Below are positions 52,601 to 63,848 of a stretch of 64,000 bases of DNA, piece by piece. Made by a program: the position numbers and the translations under genes. Positions within the stretch are counted from its first letter, which is position 1, and every line of letters starts with the position of its first letter. The notes beneath the pieces are model-generated. The model was given only the letters and a program-made list of their open reading frames with translations. It searched no databases and was not told the origin of the DNA. This stretch comes from Takakia lepidozioides (taxonomy: Eukaryota; Plantae; Bryophyta), in NCBI GenBank assembly GCA_030704615.1, contig CM060732.1:74710001-74774000 (forward strand), read 5' to 3'.

Positions 52601-54618
52601 GGCAGCCAAGGCGGCCGTGATGGATAAGGTTGGGGATTTTTCTCGGGTTGAGGAGGTCCTCAATGATGGGATGATGGGGCAGGATGAGACATTGTCACTG
52701 ACAGAGGAGGCAGTGGTCACTGCTCAAGAGGTTGCAACATAGCAACCACGGGACGCGTCTTCTACCTCTAAGCCTGCTGGACTCAAGGTTGCAGTCACGG
52801 ATGACAACTGGGAGCCTGATGTTGGACCTATAGTCACCGGAGGAGAAAGACGACGTATACGGCAGTTCTTGAGGGCTTATAGGAACTGCTTTGCCTTCAA
52901 TTTGAAGGACTTAGGAGCACTGAAGGGTCAAGAGATTCGCATTGAATTGGCTACTGACACGCCAATCTTTCGGAGACCCTATAGATACAGTGACATGGAG
53001 AGGTCCTTGATTCAGATGAGAACTCAGGACCTTTGGGAGGCTGGTTTGGTGGAGCTATCTGGGGGAGAGTATGCTTCAGCCACAGTGATGCCAGCCAAGA
53101 AGGATGTCTATGGCAATTGGACGGAGAGACGTATGTGCGGTGATTACCGGCCTGTAAATCGTCAGACCAAGTCCGATAGGTATGTCATGCCGACACCAGA
53201 GGAGATCTTTGATGCCATTGGGCATGCCAAGGTCTTTAGCACTTTGGATTTACGATCCGGATATCACCAGTTGCCGATCAATGAAGCGGATAAGCAGAAG
53301 ACGACATTCTGGGGGATCAATGAGCACGGGAATGATTGCCTATACCAGTGGCGGTTCTTACCATTTGGGCTTAAGAACGCTCCGGCAGAGTTTCAGAGAG
53401 TCATGGACATGATTCTAGCAGGGGTGGAGTTTGCTCGGTGCTACATAGATGACATCATCATCTTTAGTGCTACGGTGGAGGAGCATGAGAGACACCTTCA
53501 GGTGATATTTGAGCGCTTGAGGGCGCACGGATTGAAGTTACATCCGGGGAAGTGCAAGTTTTTCCACAACCAAATTGAGTATCTGGGTCACATGATATAT
53601 CCTGGAGGATTGGGGGTACAGCAGACTAAGGTAGAGTCCATTGCACAGATTCCACGCCCCATGTGAGCCGAGTTCGAGCTTTCATGGGGTTAGCAAACTA
53701 TTATAGACGGTTTGTTAAGGGATTTAGTGCCATTGCAAAGGCTCTAACCAAACTGACCAAGGTGGACCAGGAGTGGCAGTGGGAAGATGAGCAAGAACAA
53801 TCTTTTCAAGAGCTCAAGGCGAGGATGACCTCGGCGCCCATCTTGAGACGACCTATCAGGGGCCGTCCTTTTCAGCTGCATACAGATTGGAGCATGCTGG
53901 GGCTTGGAGCGGTGCTCACACAGGTGGATGATGAGGGAAGAGAGTTCGTAGTGGCTTATGCTAGCCGCTTGAACAACGCTGCAGAATCTAAGTATAGCTC
54001 ATATGAGGGAGAATGCTTAGCTGTAGTGTGAGCCGTGGCACACTTCAGGTGCTATCTATACGACAATCTCTTCACCCTTGTCACGGATCACCAACCACTC
54101 AAGTGGTTGATGGAGTCAGACAAGCTTACGGGGAAGCTTGCACGGTGGGCACTCATCCTTTAAGAGTATGACTTTCAGGTTGTGCATCGACCGGGTTTGG
54201 TCAATCGGGATGCAGATGGGTTGAGTCGCAATCCATGCACGAGCCAGCAGGATGATACTGGAGCTCGGTGGCATGGTGAGACGGACGAGGAGATGGTGCC
54301 CGGATGGTATGCATTTGCATTTCTGTGTATCTTTGCAGCGAAAGACCAGGTTGGACCTACAACAACGATGACTGTAGATCGAGTGTCTGAGGACCCTGAG
54401 GCCAACAATGAGCAAGGTGCCGCCAAAGATATACATGAGGATTCAGTTGTGTTGGACCACCTCCGCACTGGAGACACGACAACCACTGTGACTGCCAAGG
54501 AGAGGGATCGGATCCTACAACAAGCCAAGAGGTTCAAGTGGGAAGGGACACGGCTACTCCAAGTGTGGGAGGATGGTCGAGTGAGGATTGTGCCTCACCC
54601 AACACAGCGGGCACGGTT
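49631..54618 (+). mobile_element. Ty3/Gypsy LTR retrotransposon internal region (gag-PR-DNMT-RT-RNaseH-truncated INT), pseudogenised
   Basis: Gag from ~49897 with zinc knuckle CWTCGGPHVKKDC (50822); protease C-half YDVLVGGAVL; RT RMCGDYRPVN, LDLRSGYHQ, LPFGLKNAP, YIDDII (52869-53666); RNase H LHTDWS, YSSYEGECLAV, TDHQPL, NRDADGLSR; sequence breaks at the start of the integrase region. 5' LTR probably ends ...GCAACA at 49630; its start is not resolved. Confidence 0.92.
51516..52435 (+). pseudogene. DNMT3-like C5 cytosine DNA methyltransferase domain inside the Gypsy pol
   Basis: Motif I LLDLFGGIS (51525-51551), motif II YVERD, motif IV WPCQGLS (51764-51784, alternative frame), motif VI ILENV, motif VIII RPRLWWTNL, motifs IX-X EHERAMGF...RRQVLGQTMD; two frameshifts. 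Confidence 0.9.
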
Positions 54619-55994
54619 ATTGCTTCATGCTTTGAGAGCTTTCATTGTCTTTTACTTCTCTCATTTCTCATCTCTTATCATTGTGGTAGAGCTTTCTAGG
54701 ATTGTGTGCTTAGATTGTGTGGTGGACAACGATGTATGTTGTGGCACGATGCTTAGGTGCACGACACTTGGATCTGAAGATTATAAGTTTTGAGATGGTT
54801 CAAATGTCATAGTCATTGTTGAGATTATGGTATCAACATCAATCCACTGTGTATCACTGGAATCATATTTGAACTTCAGGTGACCTCTACCTGATTTCAT
54901 CCTGATGGATTAGAGTTGGATGAAATATGATAAACCTCACAAAGATGGATACATTATATTGTAGATAAAACCCTTTATTACATTAACTTTTAAAGTAAAA
55001 CTCTGGATTTTTGGTGACCCTTCTTTTAAAAAATTGGGTAAAAGGATATTGCCCTACCATGTTTTTTAAGTAATTTTTTTCTACATTTTACCTCAAAAAA
55101 AAAAATAACACCCTATATTTGTTCTCACGTGGTTTTGAAAATATGGGGAGTGACCCCCCAAGGTAGCTGGTCAGTGGTTCAAAGGTGGATATAAGGGTAA
55201 CGCCAGGAGGGAGTTGTAGGAGAACCCTTGTGGTGTGGCTCATTTAGCTCGGGGCTTATCGTGCGTGAAGAACGCACGGGGAACTTCCCCCTTTGCCATG
55301 TCAATAAGCTGGTTTTACGTTTTACCTATTATGTCAACCATTGCCTTTATCTCTTACCTATCATATCAACCGCAGCTTTCTAAATCATCCGCGGTCTTTT
55401 CTGCGCTTTGTGCTTGCAGTGTCTAGTTCGAAGTGCGCTACAACTTTCCTATCTTTTCTCTTTCAGTCCCGAATTCCTTTTCAATCCTAATTCCTATTCA
55501 ATTGTTTTTTTATTCTGTCAGGATGGCTAGAGATCAATGTGGTTGTCCAAGTTTTGACTTTTGACCTCGACATTTCTCACGATGATTGCCTTACAAATTC
55601 TACCATTGCTCATGTAATGAATTCTACCATTGTTTCTTCGGTTAATTCTACCGTCGCTCAAGTGATTTACGGAAGCTCATCTAGTCAAAACAATGATGAA
55701 ACTGCACTTGCCCATGTTGATCTGGTCTCCTGTATTGCTATTTCTGTCGACGCTCCACTTGTACTGTTGAGCCAAGTTTACCATCTGAGAGCATTCCACG
55801 TCTGGATGTTGAGCCTTCTTCTCTCTTCTGGTCCTTCCTACAACACTGTAGATACTTTTGAAGAGGAGATGGATAAGGATATAGCTCACCAGTTTACACA
55901 TTCACTCCGACATGCTGCCATTGTTTCCAACCCTCGTTTCAGGAGATTGACCCAACGGAACTCGATAATGTCAATTATGGTGGCAGATGAAGGA

Positions 55995-56320
55995 GCAAGG
56001 CATCCGAAATCTGGGCTAGAAAAGCTTTGATAATTGGAGGCTATATAGAGGTTTGTCAGTTGAGAGAAGTATGGAAGAACTTTATGAGGGCGAACCTGAT
56101 CTTCATAGCTTCATTGACATGCTTTGTCAATTTACTCTACAAGTTAGAAAGAGAGACGGTACACTTTATCCTCCCGGCAGTGTGCAAGGAGCAATTGATC
56201 GGATTATCATGGGTCACATGGAAAAGCAAGCTGTCGTGATAGGTATAGCATGTACGTCATTTGCCATTTTGAGGCCAGATAAGCGGTACGCCCGAGTGAA
56301 ACTCGCCGGTGATGAGACCA
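55995..56320 (+). mobile_element. Crypton/DUF3504-family (QRICH1/KCTD1-like N-terminal region) fragment
   Basis: KASEIWARKA-(frameshift)-FDNWR...MLCQFTLQVRKRDGTLYPPGSV matches the WA..F..W and F..VRK.DG..YPP.S pattern; no catalytic tyrosine-recombinase half seen downstream. Confidence 0.6.
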
Positions 56321-56852
56321 TCCCCACCGGTGGCTCTGTATGTGGGTACATCAAGTGTTTTTTATTGAGGCATGTGCAGAGCGCTCAAGAAGATGGGGTG
56401 CCTGCTGCTGGATTGCTCCCCACCGGTTGCACGGCAAACCTCACGCCACCCTCCCGCTCAACCTCTCGCTCGCCAGCGTCTCACTTGTGGGATGATCGCC
56501 TGACTCCAGATGCGCACTGGACTCGTCTGACGTTGACTTGCGTGAGCCATAACGGGCCCGGAAGGACACGGCAAGGTCCGGGTCCGGTTCCAATTTGGAG
56601 CGCACCGAACGTATGAACTATGAACGTTGCTAAGCAGGTAGCTGCTGACGTGTGAGGGTGGGTCCCGGAATTGTCCAAAAACCCAAAAATTGCTCTCGTC
56701 CTTTAGGGGTCAAGGTGATAATTTATATCCTACCGGAAATCATGCCCAACCAGATGAGAATCCGAGGAGGAGAAGACAAAGAGAACCTGACAGAAGGTAG
56801 ATATATGGAGTGCAGGATTATAACAGGGGCATTTTTTCTCATTCTCAAAATA

Positions 56853-57124
56853 AATATATGACGCCTCCCAAGAAGAAACGTAGACTATGGTGTCTCCTTT
56901 TTTTAGAAGCATTTTAAGGAAACCTGGGAGCAACAGCCCACAATTCAGGCCTTTGAGGAGGGGGAAATCTAACACCCTTCCATTTATGGGCCATGGAGGC
57001 ACACACGACGAACAACATCCAGATAGAACACCACGAACAATCCCCACATGGGGCAGGGCAGGGGGTTTGAACCCCAAACTACCAAGGCGACACATTGTGC
57101 ACTTACCAGCTGAGCTACCAGCCG
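56853..57124 (-). mobile_element. tRNA-derived SINE-like repeat, copy 2
   Basis: Minus strand TAGCTCAGCTGG A box (57106-57117), GGTTCAAACC B box (57064-57073); 3' segment tgacgcctcc...tatggtgtctcct shared with 25686-25724. Confidence 0.55.
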
Positions 57125-58412
57125 ATGTGCATCTCTTCATCCCAAGGGACTTGCGACTAGTGCCTTCCATTCCATTGGAAGGTGATATTTTGAACCCTAA
57201 AAATTACCTATGCACAATCTCCAACCATTGGACAATGTGCTTAGTGCTTTCCATTCTCCCACTAAGTTCCTAAGTACCCAAATACAGATTTACAAGTATA
57301 GCTAACCAATTTGTGAGGGGTCAAACAAAATGCTATCAATAGCCATTTGCAATCTTGCTTGAAGTTGGATACTTTGGCGGCTTTGATATGAGTGTCATTA
57401 TGCGGGATTTAATTGGAGAATATGGATTGGAGGGCAGTGTTTGGAATGTGGCACAACCGTAGTTGCAATACTTTAACCATCAAAAACCGATGTTGTCCTT
57501 CGGGGGCTGGATTTGAGCCACAATACTCTCTCAAGGAATTTTCCTGAGCTGCACTTGGCAATTTGTTCTGCTTGATCTGTCTTGTGTCTCGACCAATTCC
57601 TTCCTCGCTTTTTAATGAGTGTGATGAAATCGATTCACACACTTGGCATCCAGCTGACTTTCAGGCTCCAAACAAACCACACTCAGGAAGTGTTTGAAAC
57701 TTATAGGCTTGGATTTCACTTTTCTAATGGTATGCAAGGGAAGCCTTTGTGCTGGTTAAACCCCTAGTGTATACTAAGCAAACCGTGCCACACACCCCTT
57801 TTTACCTCATCAATCGGACCTGGATTGAAGAGGCTCCAACAGGAAGTTTGCAGTACAGATTTAGCATCAGCATATTGCAAGCGATTCCATCCGTGCGAAA
57901 GGGGGGGGGGAGAAGCTGCAGGCCTACAATTCACTGCGTCTCAGGATGGGTATTGGTGGGTGGCCCTTCATGGGACCACCCTTCGTTCAGAGCGGTTGTG
58001 GTCTTGAGCAACTTCGAGGGGCAGCCATACAATATGTTACCAATCCCGACCATATTCCTCCCACCTCTAGTTACTCAAGGAATAATCCAACCCTACCATT
58101 TGGCAATTGGATTCTTATTGCCTATGTTACTATTACCTATGTTACGAGAATTTGAGGGTGAGTGAAATTGCAATGGTTCACAACCAGGCAAAAATGATTT
58201 TATAATATCCTGTGATGCAAGGCCATGGAACTGTGTACATGTTCCTCTCTATCTTTAGTCTGGATCAATCATTTTTAAATGTTAATTGAACCAACCCGCT
58301 TTGCCCTTAGGGGGTTTACCTACTCAAAGCAATGAAGGATGCAGACACTCTCACACCTTTCCAGAAAAACCAGGCATTCAATAAATTTGGAGATAACCTT
58401 CAGTGCCCTTTT

Positions 58413-61313
58413 TCACCAGTAATCCCCACAAGAACAAACCCCATCTTCGAAGTGGTGAAAGCGATTAGCGTCCCTTACAACAATTGCTCGGCCAACAATC
58501 TTTGAGATGAACTTGGTGGCGGTGTGACAGTCACCACATACCCGAAGATTCTTGATGATACGGAGAGGCGTCCCAGGGGCTGTGCTGATCAACCCAAAAC
58601 CAATGGCCAGCTTCTCACTGTGGTAGCAAAGAGAAAATTCCTTTTGGTCCTCTCCCACATCATGCAATACAAAGCGCGTGTCAGGCACATACCCTGCATC
58701 CTTCATCTGCCCAGACAATCTTCTCAGCTCAGCATGGATTTCCTCAATTTTTGGATGCAATTTGTCATCTACAACAAAGGTGTGCACCCTGTTGCTGACC
58801 TCAATGCAGCAGCAACCTGGATCCTTTCTAACCCCTCTGACCTGCATCATTTTTCTCATCTTTGCAGTATCGTCCCATCTGCCAGCAGCAGCATAGATGT
58901 TTGATAACAACACGTAAGAAGCGGCGTCCTGTTCATCCCACTGGAGAATATATGTTGCCGCACGCTCAGCCATCTCCACATTGCAATGAATTCTGCAGGC
59001 ACCAAGCAAGGCCCTCCACACCGCAGCATTTGGTCTCATTGGCATTTTGTTAATGAAGTCCTCTGCCTCATCTAATCGCCCTGCACGTCCAAGAAGGTCC
59101 ACCATGCAGCCGAAGTGTTCCACAGCTGGAGTAATTCCATGCTCTTGACTCAGGGAGTCAAAATAGTATCTGCCTTCATCCACTAGGCCAGCATGGCTAC
59201 ATGCAGAGAGAACACATATAAAAGTGACACTGTCCAGCTTCAAGCCTTCCATTTGCATTTCTTCCAATAGTTGCAGGGCCTCCATATCACAACCATGCTG
59301 GGCATATCCTGCGATCATCGAACTCCAGGACACCACATTTCGTTCAGCCATATTGTCGAAGACTCCCTTTGCATCTTTGATGCTCCCGCATTTAGCATAC
59401 ATGTTCACAAGGGTAGAGTTCAGAATGACATCTGGTACAATTCCAGCTTTGACAATGTCACCATGCACCTCTTTGCCCTTTTCCAGGGCTGCCAGGCTCG
59501 CACACGCATTGCAAATGCAAATAAATGTGACCTGGTCGGGATTCACCCCTTCCAGCATCATTTGCTCATAGGTCTCCACAGCCTCCAACCCACACCCAAG
59601 CTTGGCATATCCTGCAATCATTGTGTTCCAGGACACCACATCTCGTTCACCCATATTGTCAAAAACTCCCTTTGCATCTTTGATGCTCCTGCCTTTGGCA
59701 TACATGTCCACGAGGGTATTGTTCAGAATGACACCTGGTGCAATTCCAGCTTTGCTGATATCACCATGCACCTCTTTGCCCTTTTCCAGGAATGCCAGGC
59801 TTGCACATGCATTGCAAACGCAAATGAACGTGACCTGGTTGGGCTTCACCCCTTCCCCCATCATTTGCTCATAGGTCTCCAAAGCCTCCATCCCACGCCC
59901 ATGCTGGGCATATCCAGCGATCATTGTGTTCCAGGACACCACATCTCGTTCAGCCATATTCTCAAACACTCCCTTTGCATCCTCGATGCTCCCGCATTTG
60001 GCATACATGTCCACCAGGGCAGTGTTCAGAATGACATCTGGTACAACTCTAGCTTTGATGATGTCACCATGGACCTCTTTGCCCTTTTCCAGGGCTGCCA
60101 GACTTGCGCACGCATTGCAAATGCAAACGAATGTGAGCTGGTCTGGCTTCACCCCTTCCCGCATCATTTGCTCATAGGTCTCCAAAGCCTCCATCCCATA
60201 CCCATGCTGCACACATCCTGCCATCATCGCAGTCCATGACACCACATTTCGTTCAGCCATACTGTCGAACACTCTCTTTGCATCCTTGGGGCTCCCGCAT
60301 TTGGCATACATATCCACCAGGGTATTGTTCAGTATGACATCTGGTACAATTCCAGCTTTGATGATGTCACCATGGACCTCTTTGCCCTTTTCCAGGGCTG
60401 CCAGGCTTGCACACGCCTTGCAAATGCAAATGAATGTAACCTGGTCTGGCTTCTCCCCTCCCCGTATCATTTGCTCATAGGTCTCCAAGGCCTCCATTCC
60501 ACAACCATGCTGGGCATATCCTGTGATCATTGCATTCCAAGACACCACATCTCGTTGGACCATATTGTCGAACACTCCCTTTGCATCCTTGATACTCCCA
60601 CACTTTGCATACATGTTCATCAGGACAGTGTTTAGAATGACATCTGGTACAATTCCAGCTGTGATGATGTCACCGTGGACCTTTCTGGCCTTTTCCAGGG
60701 CTGCCACGCTCGCACATGCATTGCAAACGCAAATGAATGTGACCCGGTCTGGCTTCACCCCTTCCCCCATCATTCGATCATAAGTCTCCAAAGCGTTCTT
60801 ACCACACCCATGCTTGGTAAATCCTGCCATCATTATATTCCACGTGATTAAGTCTCGTTCAGGCATTTCGCTGAACACTTGGTGTGCATCCAAGATGCTC
60901 CCGCATTTGACATACATGTTGACAAGGGTGTTGTGTAGAAAAACGTTTGGCTTGAATCCACTCTGGATAATGTGAGCGTGCACCTGCTTTCCTGCTTCCA
61001 GCAGTTTCTTTTTTATGCACTTATGCAAGAGACAGACATAAGTGTCTGAATCTGCTGAAAAGCCTCCTTGGTTTAAAATCTGTAAGGCCTCTTTCAGTTG
61101 TCCTGCCTCACATAGTGTCCTCACATGCCCAAAAGTGCCAGAAGAGGTCTTGTGGACTCCCTCTCTTGGTCCTCTTTTGGAACCTGTGGTCATGGTGGAG
61201 GTGAATAATGTTATAAACTGCGCCTCCGCCGCTGCTTCCAGTTGAACACAGCTATTGATCCGCAGGGGATCATAGGTACTCATGTGCTTGAAATCCAGCA
61301 CTGTCGGATTAAT
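58413..61313 (-). CDS. PLS-E-DYW pentatricopeptide RNA-editing factor (DYW:PG type), final exon
   Basis: About 20 P/L/S motifs, E1/E2, PG box ([11 protein letters not shown]), deaminase signature HSEKLA...RVCGDCH and terminal CSCGDYW*; uninterrupted ORF. Confidence 0.97.
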   Translation of the reverse strand: MNPTVLDFKHMSTYDPLRINSCVQLEAAAEAQFITLFTSTMTTGSKRGPREGVHKTSSGTFGHVRTLCEAGQLKEALQILNQGGFSADSDTYVCLLHKCIKKKLLEAGKQVHAHIIQSGFKPNVFLHNTLVNMYVKCGSILDAHQVFSEMPERDLITWNIMMAGFTKHGCGKNALETYDRMMGEGVKPDRVTFICVCNACASVAALEKARKVHGDIITAGIVPDVILNTVLMNMYAKCGSIKDAKGVFDNMVQRDVVSWNAMITGYAQHGCGMEALETYEQMIRGGEKPDQVTFICICKACASLAALEKGKEVHGDIIKAGIVPDVILNNTLVDMYAKCGSPKDAKRVFDSMAERNVVSWTAMMAGCVQHGYGMEALETYEQMMREGVKPDQLTFVCICNACASLAALEKGKEVHGDIIKARVVPDVILNTALVDMYAKCGSIEDAKGVFENMAERDVVSWNTMIAGYAQHGRGMEALETYEQMMGEGVKPNQVTFICVCNACASLAFLEKGKEVHGDISKAGIAPGVILNNTLVDMYAKGRSIKDAKGVFDNMGERDVVSWNTMIAGYAKLGCGLEAVETYEQMMLEGVNPDQVTFICICNACASLAALEKGKEVHGDIVKAGIVPDVILNSTLVNMYAKCGSIKDAKGVFDNMAERNVVSWSSMIAGYAQHGCDMEALQLLEEMQMEGLKLDSVTFICVLSACSHAGLVDEGRYYFDSLSQEHGITPAVEHFGCMVDLLGRAGRLDEAEDFINKMPMRPNAAVWRALLGACRIHCNVEMAERAATYILQWDEQDAASYVLLSNIYAAAGRWDDTAKMRKMMQVRGVRKDPGCCCIEVSNRVHTFVVDDKLHPKIEEIHAELRRLSGQMKDAGYVPDTRFVLHDVGEDQKEFSLCYHSEKLAIGFGLISTAPGTPLRIIKNLRVCGDCHTATKFISKIVGRAIVVRDANRFHHFEDGVCSCGDYW

Positions 61314-61555
61314 CTGGACCCACACTCCATCCCTGTACGTTCAGCTATCCCAGCCTTCGCACCAATAATGCATCCCCTTGCTGCTAGCGCCTGACAATCA
61401 CAGCCTTACATTTGTTCTAGCAAACACCCCAACCCTACTATCACACACTAGTTCTTATGCTATCTTGTTCCCAAGACTTGAAAACGTGCGGGGGAGAGAG
61501 AGAGGATGACAATTTGCTGTCATCTGCTTCTCTACATAATTAAACAGGCATTCAC

Positions 61556-62999
61556 CTTTTTGCCTTGATTGTCCTGCCATTGACTGGGGTCTGAAAAATA
61601 TTCCTTCCAAAGCTTCTCCGCATCTCTGGTTTCTATCTTTGGATATTTGCCTGTTGTCACATTGGCAGTAACATATCAAAACACTCCAAATCACCATATA
61701 TTCACACGATGACCTAACTTGTAGAATTCAACATGAAAACTAGGGATGACTCTGATAGGAGCACAAAAGGCACAAATCTGTTGAAGAAGGTGCCCTCACC
61801 ACATTGTCCTTGACCTTGTGTTATGAAAGCAGCTAGCTTTTCTTTCACCCAAGAAGGATTCAACCAACCATCAACCCAAAGGACCTCTTGTGTGTGCTGA
61901 TTGTGTCTGTAGTTGGGTGATCTCGGAATAGTCTGTGAGAACCACCACGCTGGAGCTGAGCAGCCATAGATTTGGAGACAGCCACCTAAGACCAAGCTAA
62001 CCCTCTCCTGTACCTTTGCAAAAACATGAGGAAAAAGAACAAATCATGATACTGACAGGAAGAACCCACTTTTGCAGAACCAACAAACTTCTCCCTATTG
62101 TACATTAAGAAAGCCACACCTTGCCATTGTGGTTGTCCCACCATTGTGAAGGATCTTTAAAAAACTCATGCCAGCGCTGCTCCATGCTCCAGGGTAGACC
62201 TTCATGCCCAAAATTGTCTACAGAATCAACACTTTGACACTTTTTTTTTTTTTTTTTTTTTTTTTTGGGGAGTGCTAGTGAAGCTTTCAACAGCATTCAT
62301 GCAAGTCACTGGGCTCCATTGGACTCTACACAATGAGGCACATATATAGAAACTTAGACATATGCTAAATAAGCTTGGGCATGACAAGGCTGCCCCTCTC
62401 ATCAGGTCACAGTGAGTATGACTCACTTTCAAGATTTGAAGGTGCTCGACCATCTACGCCAGAATCAGAACTGCACTCTGATAACTTTCCACCACCAGGC
62501 TGTTCTTGATCTTGTGGCACTGCAAATAGTTTTTCTTTCACCCAAGGAGGATTGAACCAAACCTCAATCCAGAAGACCTCTTGGCTGAGCTGCTTATGTC
62601 TGTTGTCTGGAGATTTTGGATTGGTCTGTGAAAACGACCAGGGAGCAGCTGAGCAGCCACAGTCTCAACCCTCCCAAGTAACTTGCGAACTCCAGGGAAA
62701 AGACCTTGCGCATCCTACTTTCATGCCCTGCTTATGAAACACAACCTACGACACTGACAGTAAGGGTAGTTTCTGCAGAGCAAACCGAGATTCTAACTTC
62801 ACTCAACAACTATGGGTACAATCTAGTCCACACAATACTACCATACCAGAGTACAGTCAAACCTAAAATTCCTTCACATCCTACATGGAGAAAGCTCACC
62901 TTGTCAACGCTGCAGTCCCACCATTGTGAAGGATCTTCAAGGACATCCTGCCAGCGCTGTTCCATGCTCCAGCATTGACCTACGTGCCAGATATTCCAA
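61556..62999 (-). CDS. Upstream exons encoding OSB-type PDF motifs, predicted to splice in frame to the DYW-PPR ORF
   Basis: Exons ~62999-62900, 62625-62427, 62217-62120, 61932-61800, 61650-61556 with GT-AG borders and matching phases, encoding three W..FF.DPSQWWD...K / .NP.SPD.RH...E.LW-type motifs. The 5'-most exon (possibly ~63525-63162) is unresolved. Confidence 0.75.
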
Positions 63000-63698
63000 C
63001 TATCAGCCTTGTCTAACTATCAGCTTTCTTGCATCTTTGCCCAGAGTATGTTCATTTACGCTGAATTGCTCAAAAGACAATTCCAAGCGTGGATCCTATA
63101 GCGCATACAACACAACACAGCCACCCCAAGCAAAGAACCGCAAAGTGTTTCATGTTATCACCTACTGTGAATGGCATCCCTTAAGGTTGGCGAGGCGCCA
63201 TAGCCACCACATGAAAAGGACTTCGTCCCCGGCGCATTGCCCAGGGGGATGCCGCTTCCAACTCCACAGCCCAGCCCCTTCATCCGCTGCAAGACCCGAC
63301 GCCTCTCGCATGACCGCCACGAGAGCAGAGGGCCTGGGGTATGGAGTCGGCATGCGCGGTCAGGAGAACGCCGGAAGCCGCTGCCATCCCCGCCAGTGAG
63401 TGAGAAAGAGGCAGAAAATATTTGTCGGTCTGTACTTCCAACGCAGGTGCAAGCAACAGCAGGCTCCTCTAAACATGGCAAACGATGTTCCAGCTTCAAG
63501 GATCGCGCATACGTGTGGACCATCATTTGCTCCTGCATTTCTTACTTCTCCAAAACATCACCAGAAGGAGAGAATGCAGATTTCAGCACATGTCGAAATG
63601 CACCTCCCTTCTGCCATATCTTCACCGTCGTCCCGGTCGTCGAGTGACCTCTGCTTGCCTCCTCCCACCTGCAATCTCGTCTGAGCAGAGAGCGAGAG

Positions 63699-63718
63699 AA
63701 CCCTAACCCTAACCCTAG
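63699..63718 (+). promoter_or_regulatory. Telo-box-like (CCCTAA)3 upstream of ISY1
   Basis: aaccctaaccctaaccctag about 130 bp before the ISY1 ATG; telo-boxes are common in plant translation and RNA-processing gene promoters. Confidence 0.55.
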
Positions 63719-63848
63719 TTTCACGATTTTCTTACATCAGTAGGAGAATTGTCATCCACTTGTCTCTCTCTCTTAAGGACGACTTTTAGGGTTTGTCTTC
63801 TCTCTCTGTTTGTCAGTGTGTTCTTGCCTGTGTTGTGTGCAACTCGCC

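Larger units (their letters stand above)
46458..55159. mobile_element. TIR-bounded DNA element enclosing the Gypsy retrotransposon
   Basis: Perfect 11-bp inverted termini GGGGGGTCACT (46458-46468) / AGTGACCCCCC (55149-55159), extending imperfectly (TATTTT..CACGTG..ACAAA); AT-rich subterminal DNA. No clean TSD seen. Confidence 0.6.

Noticed and set aside
57060-57124. Genuine tRNA gene
   Set aside because: A and B boxes are present but acceptor and anticodon stems do not pair convincingly; treated as a SINE-like head.
58413-58830. U-to-C (DYW:KP) reverse editor
   Set aside because: The domain has a PG box, HSEKLA and terminal DYW, typical of C-to-U editors.
59224-60783. Repeated plus-strand ORFs up to 322 aa
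   Set aside because: Antisense shadows of the repetitive PPR ORF.
63699-63718. Interstitial telomere
   Set aside because: Only three units in a promoter position; better explained as a telo-box.
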